A stretch of DNA of 56,952 bases from Azolla caroliniana (lineage: Eukaryota > Plantae > Polypodiophyta), in assembly GCA_043228905.1 (NCBI GenBank), contig JBHGNT010000186.1:1-56952 (forward strand), in the 5' to 3' direction. Within the stretch, counting starts at the first letter, position 1. Each line of letters opens with the position of its first letter. The notes beneath the pieces were generated by a model that was not told where the DNA came from, searched no databases, and saw only the letters and a program-made list of their open reading frames with translations. A program made the position numbers and the translations under genes. Positions 13,601 through 27,079 of this stretch are shown piece by piece.

Positions 13601-16600
13601 ACATGAAGAAATTAGCATATTTGAGGAGGGAGTTGAGAAGAGCGTGTGAGTAAATTAAAATGGTCATACCTGGCTCGTGTGATATCGGATTTCTGTGTTA
13701 AAACATGCGAATCGAAACTAACAAGGCTAGCTATGATATAGACTTAAAAAATCGTGATTTCGAAACTGACGTCGAAAGACATGAGGAAATTAGCATGCTG
13801 GAGGAGGGAGTTGAGAAGAGCGAGTGAGTAAATTAAAATGGTCATACCTGGCTCGTGTGATATCGGATTTCTGTGTTCAAACATGCAAATCGAAGCTAAC
13901 AAGGCTAGCTATGATATAGAATTAAAAAATCGAGATTTTGAAACTTAGGTCGAGAGACATGAAGAAATTAGCATATTTGAGGAGGGAGTTGAGAAGAGCG
14001 TGTGAGTAAATTAAAATGGTCATACCTGGCTCGTGTGATATCGGATTTCTGTGTTAAAACATGCGAATCGAAACTAACAAGGCTAGCTATGATATAGACT
14101 TAAAAAATCGTGATTTCGAAACTGACGTCGAAAGACATGAGGAAATTAGCATGCTGGAGGAGGGAGTTGAGAAGAGCGAGTGAGTAAATTAAAATGGTCA
14201 TACCTGGCTCGTGTGATATCGGATTTCTGTGTTCAAACATGCAAATCGAAGCTAACAAGGCTAGCTATGATATAGAATTAAAAAATCGAGATTTTGAAAC
14301 TTAGGTCGAGAGACATGAAGAAATTAGCATATTTGAGGAGGGAGTTGAGAAGAGCGTGTGAGTAAATTAAAATGGTCATACCTGGCTCGTGTGATATCGG
14401 ATTTCTGTGTTCAAACATGCGAATCGAAACTAACAAGGCTAGCTATGATATAGAATTAAAAAATCGAGATTTTGAAACTCAGGTCGAGAGACATGAAGAA
14501 ATTAGCATATTTGAGGAGGGAGTTGAGAAGAGCGTGTGTGTAAATTAAAATGGTCATACCTGGCTCGTGTGATATCGGATTTCTGTGTTCAAACATGCGA
14601 ATCGAAACTAACAAGGCTAGCTATGATATAGAATTAAAAAATCGAGATTTTGAAACTTAGGTCGAGAGACATGAAGAAATTAGCATATTTGAGGAGGGAG
14701 TTGAGAAGAGCGTGTGAGTAAATTAAAATGGTCATACCTGGCTCGTGTGATATCGGATTTCTGTGTTCAAACATGCGAATCGAAACTAACAAGGCTAGCT
14801 ATGATATAGACTTAAAAAATCGTGATTTCGAAACTGACGTCGAAAGACATGAGGAAATTAGCATGCTGGAGGAGGGAGTTGAGAAGAGCGAGTGAGTAAA
14901 TTAAAATGGTCATACCTGGCTCGTGTGATATCGGATTTCTGTGTTCAAACATGCGAATCGAAGCTAACAAGGCTAGCTATGATATAGAATTAAAAAATCG
15001 AGATTTTGAAACTCAGGTGAGAGACATGAGGAAATTAGCATATTTGATGAGGGAGTTGAGAAGAGTTAGTGAGTAAATTAAAATGGTCATACCTGGCTCG
15101 TGTGATATCGGATTTCTGTGTTCAAACATGCAAATCGAAGCTAACAAGGCTAGCTATGATATAGAATTAAAAAATCGAGATTTTGAAACTCAGGTCGAGA
15201 GACATGAAGAAATTAGCATATTTGAGGAGGGAGTTGAGAAGAGCGAGTGAGTAAATTAAAATGGTCATACCTGGCTCGTGTGATATCGGATTTCTGTGTT
15301 CAAACATGCGAATCGAAACTAACAAGGCTAGCTATGATATAAAATTAAAAAATCAAGATTTTGAAACTCAGGTCGAGAGACATGAGGAAATTAGCATATT
15401 TGAGGAGGGAGTTGAGAAGAGTCAGTGAGTAAATTAAAATGGTCATACCTGGCTCGTGTGATATCGGATTTCTGTGTTCAAACATGCAAATCGAAGCTAA
15501 CAAGGCTAGCTATGATATAGAATTAAAAAATCGAGATTTTGAAACTCAGGTCGAGAGACATGAAGAAATTAGCATATTTGAGGAGGGAGTTGAGAAGAGC
15601 GTGTGTGTAAATTAAAATGGTAATACCTGGCTCGTGTGATATCGGATTTCTGTGTTCAAACATGCGAATCGAAGCTAACAAGGCTAGCTATGATATAGAA
15701 TTAAAAAATCGAGATTTTGAAACTCAGGTCGAGAGACATGAAGAAATTAGCATATTTGAGGAGGGAGTTGAGAAGAGCGTGTGAGTAAATTAAAATGGTC
15801 ATACCTGGCTCGTGTGATATCGGATTTCTGTGTTCAAACATGCGAATCGAAACTAACAAGGCTAGCTATGATATAGAATTAAAAAATCGAGATTTCGAAA
15901 CTCAGGTGAGAGACATGAGGAAATTAGCATATTTGAGGAGGGAGTTGAGAAGAGCCAGTGAGTAAATTAAATTGGTCATACCTGGCTCGTGTGATATCGG
16001 ATTTCTGTGTTCAAACATGCAAATCGAAGCTAACACGGCTAGCTATGATATAGAATTAAAAAATCGAGATTTTGAAACTCAGGTCGAGAGACATGAAGAA
16101 ATTAGCATATTTGAGGAGGGAGTTGAGAAGAGCGAGTGAGTAAATTAAAATGGTCATACCTGGCTCGTGTGATATCGGATTTCTGTGTTCAAACATGCGA
16201 ATCGAAACTAACAAGGCTAGCTATGATATAGAATTAAAAAATCGAGATTTTGAAACTCAGGTCGAGAGACATGAGGAAATTAGCATATTTGAGGAGGGAG
16301 TTGAGAAGAGTCAGTGAGTAAATTAAAATGGTCATACCTGGCTCGTGTGATATCGGATTTCTGTGTTCAAACATGCGAATCGAAACTAACAAGGCTAGCT
16401 ATGATATAGACTTAAAAAATCGTGATTTCGAAACTGACGTCGAAAGACATGAGGAAATTAGCATATTTGAGGAGGGAGTTGAGAAGAGCGAGTGAGTAAA
16501 TTAAAATGGTCATACCTGGCTCGTGTGATATCGGATTTCTGTGTTCAAACATGCAAATCGAAGCTAACAAGGCTAGCTATGATATAGAATTAAAAAATCG

Positions 16601-19600
16601 AGATTTTGAAACTCAGGTCGAGAGACATGAAGAAATTAGCATATTTGAGGAGGGAGTTGAGAAGAGCGTGTGTGTAAATTAAAATGGTCATACCTGGCTC
16701 GTGTGATATCGGATTTCTGTGTTCAAACATGCGAATCGAAACTAACAAGGCTAGCTATGATATAGAATTAAAAAATCAAGATTTTGAAACTCAGGTCGAG
16801 AGACATGAGGAAATTAGCATATTTGAGGAGGGAGTTGAGAAGAGTCAGTGAGTAAATTAAAATGGTCATACCTGGCTCGTGTGATATCGGATTTCTGTGT
16901 TCAAACATGCAAATCGAAGCTAACAAGGCTAGCTATGATATAGAATTAAAAAATCGAGATTTTGAAACTCAGGTCGAGAGACATGAAGAAATTAGCATAT
17001 TTGAGGAGGGAGTTGAGAAGAGCGTGTGTGTAAATTAAAATGGTAATACCTGGCTCGTGTGATATCGGATTTCTGTGTTCAAACATGCGAATCGAAGCTA
17101 ACAAGGCTAGCTATGATATAGAATTAAAAAATCGAGATTTTGAAACTCAGGTCGAGAGACATGAAGAAATTAGCATATTTGAGGAGGGAGTTGAGAAGAG
17201 CGTGTGAGTAAATTAAAATGGTCATACCTGGCTCGTGTGATATCGGATTTCTGTGTTAAAACATGCGAATCGAAACTAACAAGGCTAGCTATGATATAGA
17301 CTTAAAAAATCGTGATTTCGAAACTGACGTCGAAAGACATGAGGAAATTAGCATGCTGGAGGAGGGAGTTGAGAAGAGCGAGTGAGTAAATTAAAATGGT
17401 CATACCTGGCTCGTGTGATATCGGATTTCTGTGTTCAAACATGCAAATCGAAGCTAACAAGGCTAGCTATGATATAGAATTAAAAAATCGAGATTTTGAA
17501 ACTTAGGTCGAGAGACATGAAGAAATTAGCATATTTGAGGAGGGAGTTGAGAAGAGCGTGTGAGTAAATTAAAATGGTCATACCTGGCTCGTGTGATATC
17601 GGATTTCTGTGTTAAAACATGCGAATCGAAACTAACAAGGCTAGCTATGATATAGACTTAAAAAATCGTGATTTCGAAACTGACGTCGAAAGACATGAGG
17701 AAATTAGCATGCTGGAGGAGGGAGTTGAGAAGAGCGAGTGAGTAAATTAAAATGGTCATACCTGGCTCGTGTGATATCGGATTTCTGTGTTCAAACATGC
17801 AAATCGAAGCTAACAAGGCTAGCTATGATATAGAATTAAAAAATCGAGATTTTGAAACTTAGGTCGAGAGACATGAAGAAATTAGCATATTTGAGGAGGG
17901 AGTTGAGAAGAGCGTGTGAGTAAATTAAAATGGTCATACCTGGCTCATGTGATATCGGATTTCTGTGTTCAAACATGCGAATCGAAACTAACAAGGCTAG
18001 CTATGATATAGAATTAAAAAATCGAGATTTTGAAACTCAGGTCGAGAGACATGAAGAAATTAGCATATTTGAGGAGGGAGTTGAGAAGAGCGTGTGTGTA
18101 AATTAAAATGGTCATACCTGGCTCGTGTGATATCGGATTTCTGTGTTCAAACATGCGAATCGAAACTAACAAGGCTAGCTATGATATAGAATTAAAAAAT
18201 CGAGATTTTGAAACTTAGGTCGAGAGACATGAAGAAATTAGCATATTTGAGGAGGGAGTTGAGAAGAGCGTGTGAGTAAATTAAAATGGTCATACCTGGC
18301 TCGTGTGATATCGGATTTCTGTGTTCAAACATGCGAATCGAAACTAACAAGGCTAGCTATGATATAGACTTAAAAAATCGTGATTTCGAAACTGACGTCG
18401 AAAGACATGAGGAAATTAGCATGCTGGAGGAGGGAGTTGAGAAGAGCGAGTGAGTAAATTAAAATGGTCATACCTGGCTCGTGTGATATCGGATTTCTGT
18501 GTTCAAACATGCGAATCGAAGCTAACAAGGCTAGCTATGATATAGAATTAAAAAATCGAGATTTTGAAACTCAGGTGAGAGACATGAGGAAATTAGCATA
18601 TTTGATGAGGGAGTTGAGAAGAGTTAGTGAGTAAATTAAAATGGTCATACCTGGCTCGTGTGATATCGGATTTCTGTGTTCAAACATGCAAATCGAAGCT
18701 AACAAGGCTAGCTATGATATAGAATTAAAAAATCGAGATTTTGAAACTCAGGTCGAGAGACATGAAGAAATTAGCATATTTGAGGAGGGAGTTGAGAAGA
18801 GCGAGTGAGTAAATTAAAATGGTCATACCTGGCTCGTGTGATATCGGATTTCTGTGTTCAAACATGCGAATCGAAACTAACAAGGCTAGCTATGATATAA
18901 AATTAAAAAATCAAGATTTTGAAACTCAGGTCGAGAGACATGAGGAAATTAGCATATTTGAGGAGGGAGTTGAGAAGAGTCAGTGAGTAAATTAAAATGG
19001 TCATACCTGGCTCGTGTGATATCGGATTTCTGTGTTCAAACATGCAAATCGAAGCTAACAAGGCTAGCTATGATATAGAATTAAAAAATCGAGATTTTGA
19101 AACTCAGGTCGAGAGACATGAAGAAATTAGCATATTTGAGGAGGGAGTTGAGAAGAGCGTGTGTGTAAATTAAAATGGTAATACCTGGCTCGTGTGATAT
19201 CGGATTTCTGTGTTCAAACATGCGAATCGAAGCTAACAAGGCTAGCTATGATATAGAATTAAAAAATCGAGATTTTGAAACTCAGGTCGAGAGACATGAA
19301 GAAATTAGCATATTTGAGGAGGGAGTTGAGAAGAGCGTGTGAGTAAATTAAAATGGTCATACCTGGCTCGTGTGATATCGGATTTCTGTGTTCAAACATG
19401 CGAATCGAAACTAACAAGGCTAGCTATGATATAGAATTAAAAAATCGAGATTTCGAAACTCAGGTGAGAGACATGAGGAAATTAGCATATTTGAGGAGGG
19501 AGTTGAGAAGAGCCAGTGAGTAAATTAAATTGGTCATACCTGGCTCGTGTGATATCGGATTTCTGTGTTCAAACATGCAAATCGAAGCTAACACGGCTAG

Positions 19601-19690
19601 CTATGATATAGAATTAAAAAATCGAGATTTTGAAACTCAGGTCGAGAGACATGAAGAAATTAGCATATTTGAGGAGGGAGTTGAGAAGAG
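7690..19690 (+). repeat. Region with a recurrent 20-monomer (3558-bp) higher-order period
   Basis: Marker pairs offset by 3558 (20x178-2): 177-bp monomers 8071/11629 and 9138/12696; GGTAATACC 8861/12419 and 15621/19179; GTTAAAAC 10140/13698/17256; GAGTTAG 15063/18621. Boundaries are approximate. Confidence 0.85.
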
Positions 19691-22239
19691 CGTGTGAGTA
19701 AATTAAAATGGTCATACCTGGCTCGTGTGATATCGGATTTCTGTGTTCAAACATGCGAATCGAAACTAACAAGCCTTGCTATGATATAGAATTAAAAAAT
19801 CAAGATTTTGAAACTGACGTCGAAAGACATGAGGAAATTAGCATGTTGGAGGAGGGAGTTGAGAAGAGCGAGTGAGTAAATTAAAATGGTCATACCTGGC
19901 TCGTGTGATATCGGATTTCTGTGTTCAAACATGCAAATCGAAGCTAACAAGGCTAGCTATGATATAGAATTAAAAAATCGAGATTTTGAAACTCAGGTCG
20001 AGAGACATGAAGAAATTAGCATATTTGAGGAGGGAGTTGAGAAGAGCGTGTGAGTAAATTAAAATGGTCATACCTGGCTCGTGTGATATCGGATTTCTGT
20101 GTTCAAACATGCGAATCGAAACTAACAAGCCTTGCTATGATATAGAATTAAAAAATCAAGATTTTGAAACTGACGTCGAAAGACATGAGGAAATTAGCAT
20201 GTTGGAGGAGGGAGTTGAGAAGAGCGAGTGAGTAAATTAAAATGGTCATACCTGGCTCGTGTGATATCGGATTTCTGTGTTCAAACATGCAAATCGAAGC
20301 TAACAAGGCTAGCTATGATATAGAATTAAAAAATCGAGATTTTGAAACTCAGGTCGAGAGACATGAAGAAATTAGCATATTTGAGGAGGGAGTTGAGAAG
20401 AGCGTGTGTGTAAATTAAAATGGTCATACCTGGCTCGTGTGATATCGGATTTCTGTGTTCAAACATGCGAATCGAAACTAACAAGGCTAGCTATGATATA
20501 GAATTAAAAAATCGAGATTTTGAAACTCAGGTCGAGAGACATGAGGAAATTAGCATATTTGAGGAGGGAGTTGAGAAGAGCGTGTGAGTAAATTAAAATG
20601 GTCATACCTGGCTCGTGTGATATCGGATTTCTGTGTTCAAACATGCAAATCGAAGCTAACAAGGCTAGCTATGATATAGAATTAAAAAATCGAGATTTTG
20701 AAACTCAGGTCGAGAGACATGAAGAAATTAGCATATTTGAGGAGGGAGTTGAGAAGAGTCAGTGAGTAAATTAAAATGGTCATACCTGGCTCGTGTGATA
20801 TCGGATTTCTGTGTTCAAACATGCAAATCGAAGCTAACAAGGCTAGCTATGATATAGAATTAAAAAATCGAGATTTTGAAACTCAGGTCGAGAGACATGA
20901 AGAAATTAGCATATTTGAGGAGGGAGTTGAGAAGAGCGTGTGTGTAAATTAAAATGGTAATACCTGGCTCGTGTGATATCGGATTTCTGTGTTCAAACAT
21001 GCGAATCGAAGCTAACAAGGCTAGCTATGATATAGAATTAAAAAATCGAGATTTTGAAACTCAGGTCGAGAGACATGAAGAAATTAGCATATTTGAGGAG
21101 GGAGTTGAGAAGAGCGTGTGAGTAAATTAAACTGGTCATACCTGGCTCGTGTGATATCGGATTTCTGTGTTCAAACATGCGAATCGAAACTAACAAGGCT
21201 AGCTATGATATAGAATTAAAAAATCGAGATTTCGAAACTCAGGTGAGAGACATGAGGAAATTAGCATATTTGAGGAGGGAGTTGAGAAGAGCCAGTGAGT
21301 AAATTAAATTGGTCATACCTGGCTCGTGTGATATCGGATTTCTGTGTTCAAACATGCAAATCGAAGCTAACACGGCTAGCTATGATATAGAATTAAAAAA
21401 TCGAGATTTTGAAGCTCAGGTCGAGAGACATGAAGAAATTAGCATATTTGAGGAGGGAGTTGAGAAGAGCGAGTGAGTAAATTAAAATGGTCATACCTGG
21501 CTCGTGTGATATCGGATTTCTGTGTTCAAACATGCGAATCGAAACTAACAAGGCTAGCTATGATATAGAATTAAAAAATCGAGATTTTGAAACTCAGGTC
21601 GAGAGACATGAGGAAATTAGCATATTTGAGGAGGGAGTTGAGAAGAGTCAGTGAGTAAATTAAAATGGTCATACCTGGCTCGTGTGATATCGGATTTCTG
21701 TGTTCAAACATGCGAATCGAAACTAACAAGGCTAGCTATGATATAGACTTAAAAAATCGTGATTTCGAAACTGACGTCGAAAGACATGAGGAAATTAGCA
21801 TATTTGAGGAGGGAGTTGAGAAGAGCGAGTGAGTAAATTAAAATGGTCATACCTGGCTCGTGTGATATCGGATTTCTGTGTTCAAACATGCAAATCGAAG
21901 CTAACAAGGCTAGCTATGATATAGAATTAAAAAATCGAGATTTTGAAACTCAGGTCGAGAGACATGAAGAAATTAGCATATTTGAGGAGGGAGTTGAGAA
22001 GAGCGTGTGTGTAAATTAAAATGGTCATACCTGGCTCGTGTGATATCGGATTTCTGTGTTCAAACATGCGAATCGAAGCTAACAAGGCTAGCTATGATAT
22101 AGAATTAAAAAATCGAGATTTTGAAACTTAGGTCGAGAGACATGAAGAAATTAGCATATTTGAGGAGGGAGTTGAGAAGAGCGTGTGAGTAAATTAAAAT
22201 GGTCATACCTGGCTCGTGTGATATCGGATTTCTGTGTTA

Positions 22240-22348
22240 AAACATGCGAATCGAAACTAACAAGGCTAGCTATGATATAGACTTAAAAAATCGTGATTTC
22301 GAAACATGAGGTCATACCTGGCTCGTGTGATATCGGATTTCTGTGTTC
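22240..22348 (+). repeat. 109-bp internally deleted satellite monomer (copy 1)
   Basis: TCGTGATTTCGAAACATGAGGTCATACCTG at 22291-22320 lacks 69 bp (14 + 55) relative to the TGACGTC-type monomer. Confidence 0.95.
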
Positions 22349-23950
22349 AAACATGCGAATCGAAACTAACAAGGCTAGCTATGATATAGAATTAAAAAAT
22401 CAAGAGTTTGAAACTCAGGTCGAGAGACATGAGGAAATTAGCATATTTGAGGAGGGAGTTGAGAAGAGTCAGTGAGTAAATTAAAATGGTCATACCTGGC
22501 TCGTGTGATATCGGATTTCTGTGTTCAAACATGCAAATCGAAGCTAACAAGGCTAGCTATGATATAGAATTAAAAAATCGAGATTTTGAAACTCAGGTCA
22601 AGAGACATGAAGAAATTAGCATATTTGAGGAGGGAGTTGAGAAGAGCGTGTGAGTAAATTAAAATGGTCATACCTGGCTCGTGTGATATCGGATTTCTGT
22701 GTTCAAACATGCAAATCGAAGCTAACAAGGCTAGTTATGATATAGTATTAAAAAATCAAGATTTTGAAACTCAGGTCGAGAGACATGAAGAAATTAGCAT
22801 ATTTGAGGAGGGAGTTGAGAAGAGCGTGTGAGTAAATTAAAATGGTCATACCTGGCTCGTGTGATATCGGATTTCTGTGTTCAAACATGCGAATCGAAAC
22901 TAACAAGGCTAGCTATGATATAGAATAAAAAAATCGAGATTTTGAAACTCAGGTCGAGAGACATGAAGAAATTAGCATATTTGAGGAGGGAGTTGAGAAG
23001 AGCCAGTGAGTAAATTAAATTGGTCATACCTGGCTCGTGTGATATCGGATTTCTGTGTTCAAACATGCAAATCGAAGCTAACACGGCTAGCTATGATATA
23101 GAATTAAAAAATCGAGATTTTGAAACTCAGGTCGAGAGAATTGAGGAAATTAGCATATTTGAGGAGGGAGTTGAGAAGAGCTAGTGAGTAAATTAAAATG
23201 GTCATACCTAGCTCGTGTGATATCGGATTTCTGTGTTCAAACATGCAAATCGAAGCTAACAAGGCTAGCTATGATATAGAATTAAAAAATCGAGATTTTG
23301 AAACTCAGGTCAAGAGACATGAAGAAATTAGCATATTTGAGGAGGGAGTTGAGAAGAGCGTGTGAGTAAATTAAAATGGTCATACCTGGCTCGTGTGATA
23401 TCGGATTTCTGTGTTCAAACATGCAAATCGAAGCTAACAAGGCTAGTTATGATATAGTATTAAAAAATCAAGATTTTGAAACTCAGGTCGAGAGACATGA
23501 AGAAATTAGCATATTTGAGGAGGGAGTTGAGAAGAGCGTGTGAGTAAATTAAAATGGTCATACCTGGCTCGTGTGATATCGGATTTCTGTGTTCAAACAT
23601 GCGAATCGAAACTAACAAGGCTAGCTATGATATAGAATAAAAAAATCGAGATTTTGAAACTCAGGTCGAGAGACATGAAGAAATTAGCATATTTGAGGAG
23701 GGAGTTGAGAAGAGCTAGTGAGTAAATTAAATTGGTCATACCTGGCTCGTGTGATATCGGATTTCTGTGTTCAAACATGCAAATCGAAGCTAACACGGCT
23801 AGCTATGATATAGAATTAAAAAATCGAGATTTTGAAACTCAGGTCGAGAGACATGAAGAAATTAGCATATTTGAGGAGGGAGTTGAGAAGAGCGTGTGAG
23901 TAAATTAAAATGGTCATACCTGGCTCGTGTGATATCGGATTTCTGTGTTC

Positions 23951-24059
23951 AAACATGCGAATCGAAACTAACAAGGCTAGCTATGATATAGAATTAAAAA
24001 ATCGTGATTTCGAAACATGAGGTCATACCTGGCTCGTGTGATATCGGATTTCTGTGTTC
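23951..24059 (+). repeat. 109-bp internally deleted satellite monomer (copy 2)
   Basis: Identical deletion junction at about 24012-24025, located 1711 bp (9x178+109) after copy 1. Confidence 0.95.
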
Positions 24060-27000
24060 AAACATGCGAATCGAAACTAACAAGGCTAGCTATGATATAG
24101 AATTAAAAAATCAAGAGTTTGAAACTCAGGTCGAGAGACATGAGGAAATTAGCATATTTGAGGAGGGAGTTGAGAAGAGTCAGTGAGTAAATTAAAATGG
24201 TCATACCTGGCTCGTGTGATATCGGATTTCTGTGTTCAAACATGCAAATCGAAGCTAACAAGGCTAGCTATGATATAGAATTAAAAAATCGAGATTTTGA
24301 AACTCAGGTCAAGAGACATGAAGAAATTAGCATATTTGAGGAGGGAGTTGAGAAGAGCGTGTGAGTAAATTAAAATGGTCATACCTGGCTCGTGTGATAT
24401 CGGATTTCTGTGTTCAAACATGCAAATCGAAGCTAACAAGGCTAGTTATGATATAGTATTAAAAAATCAAGATTTTGAAACTCAGGTCGAGAGACATGAA
24501 GAAATTAGCATATTTGAGGAGGGAGTTGAGAAGAGCGTGTGAGTAAATTAAAATGGTCATACCTGGCTCGTGTGATATCGGATTTCTGTGTTCAAACATG
24601 CGAATCGAAACTAACAAGGCTAGCTATGATATAGAATAAAAAAATCGAGATTTTGAAACTCAGGTCGAGAGACATGAAGAAATTAGCATATTTGAGGAGG
24701 GAGTTGAGAAGAGCCAGTGAGTAAATTAAATTGGTCATACCTGGCTCGTGTGATATCGGATTTCTGTGTTCAAACATGCAAATCGAAGCTAACACGGCTA
24801 GCTATGATATAGAATTAAAAAATCGAGATTTTGAAACTCAGGTCGAGAGACATGAAGAAATTAGCATATTTGAGGAGGGAGTTGAGAAGAGCGAGTGAGT
24901 AAATTAAAATGGTTATACCTGGCTCGTGTGATATCGGATTTCTGTGTTCAAACATGCAAATCGAAGCTAACAAGCCTAGTTATGATATAGTATTAAAAAA
25001 TCAAGATTTTGAAACTCAGGTCGAGAGACATGAAGAAATTAGCATATTTGAGGAGGGAGTTGAGAAGAGCGTGTGAGTAAATTAAAATGGTCATACCTGG
25101 CTCGTGTGATATCGGATTTCTGTGTTCAAACATGCGAATCGAAACTAACAAGGCTAGCTATGATATAGAATAAAAAAATCGAGATTTTGAAACTCAGGTC
25201 GAGAGACATGAAGAAATTAGCATATTTGAGGAGGGAGTTGAGAAGAGCCAGTGAGTAAATTAAAATGGTCATACCTGGCTCGTGTGATATCGGATTTCTG
25301 TGTTCAAACATGCGAATCGAAACTAACAAGGCTAGCTATGATATAGAATTAAAAAATCGAGATTTTGAAACTCAGGTCGAGAGACATGAGGAAATTAGCA
25401 TATTTGAGGAGGGAGTTGAGAAGAGTCAGTGAGTAAATTAAAAGGGTCATACCTGGCTCGTGTGATATCGGATTTCTGTGTTCAAACATGCGAATCGAAA
25501 CTAACAAGGCTAGCTATGATATAGACTTAAAAAATCGTGATTTCGAAACTGACGTCGAAAGACATGAGGAAATTAGCATATTTGAGGAGGGAGTTGAGAA
25601 GAGCGAGTGAGTAAATTAAAATGGTCATACCTGGCTCGTGTGATATCGGATTTCTGTGTTCAAACATGCGAATCGAAGCTAACAAGGCTAGCTATGATAT
25701 AGAATTAAAAAATCGAGATTTTGAAACTTAGGTCGAGAGACATGAAGAAATTAGCATATTTGAGGAGGGAGTTGAGAAGAGCGTGTGAGTAAATTAAAAT
25801 GGTCATACCTGGCTCGTGTGATATCGGATTTCTGTGTTAAAACATGCGAATCGAAACTAACAAGGCTAGCTATGATATAGACTTAAAAAATCGTGATTTC
25901 GAAACTGACGTCGAAAGACATGAGGAAATTAGCATGCTGGAGGAGGGAGTTGAGAAGAGCAAGTGAGTAAATTAAAATGGTCATACCTGGCTCGTGTGAT
26001 ATCGGATTTCTGTGTTCAAACATGCGAATCGAAACTAACAAGGCTAGCTATGATATAGAATTAAAAAATCGAGATTTTGAAACTCAGGTCGAGAGAATTG
26101 AGGAAATTAGCATATTTGAGGAGGGAGTTGAGAAGAGCTAGTGAGTAAATTAAAATGGTCATACCTAGCTCGTGTGATATCGGATTTCTGTGTTCAAACA
26201 TGCAAATCGAAGCTAACAAGGCTAGCTATGATATAGAATTAAAAAATCGAGATTTTGAAACTCAGGTCAAGAGACATGAAGAAATTAGCATATTTGAGGA
26301 GGGAGTTGAGAAGAGCGTGTGAGTAAATTAAAATGGTCATACCTGGCTCGTGTGATATCGGATTTCTGTGTTCAAACATGCAAATCGAAGCTAACAAGGC
26401 TAGTTATGATATAGTATTAAAAAATCAAGATTTTGAAACTCAGGTCGAGAGACATGAAGAAATTAGCATATTTGAGGAGGGAGTTGAGAAGAGCGTGTGA
26501 GTAAATTAAAATGGTCATACCTGGCTCGTGTGATATCGGATTTCTGTGTTCAAACATGCGAATCGAAACTAACAAGGCTAGCTATGATATAGAATAAAAA
26601 AATCGAGATTTTGAAACTCAGGTCGAGAGACATGAAGAAATTAGCATATTTGAGGAGGGAGTTGAGAAGAGCTAGTGAGTAAATTAAATTGGTCATACCT
26701 GGCTCGTGTGATATCGGATTTCTGTGTTCAAACATGCAAATCGAAGCTAACACGGCTAGCTATGATATAGAATTAAAAAATCGAGATTTTGAAACTCAGG
26801 TCGAGAGACATGAAGAAATTAGCATATTTGAGGAGGGAGTTGAGAAGAGCGTGTGAGTAAATTAAAATGGTCATACCTGGCTCGTGTGATATCGGATTTC
26901 TGTGTTCAAACATGCGAATCGAAACTAACAAGGCTAGCTATGATATAGAATTAAAAAATCGTGATTTCGAAACTGACGTCGCAAGACATGAGGAAATTAG

Positions 27001-27079
27001 CATGCTGGAGGAGGGAGTTGAGAAGAGCGAGTCAGTAAATTAAAATGGTCATACCTGGCTCGTGTGATATCGGATTTCT

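Noticed and set aside
22293-24186. Two 60-aa plus-strand ORFs (MISKHEV...), and the 61-aa ORF at 28811-28996
   Set aside because: They are by-products of the 69-bp deletion junction and of a TAG>TTG point variant in the satellite. There is no coding evidence.
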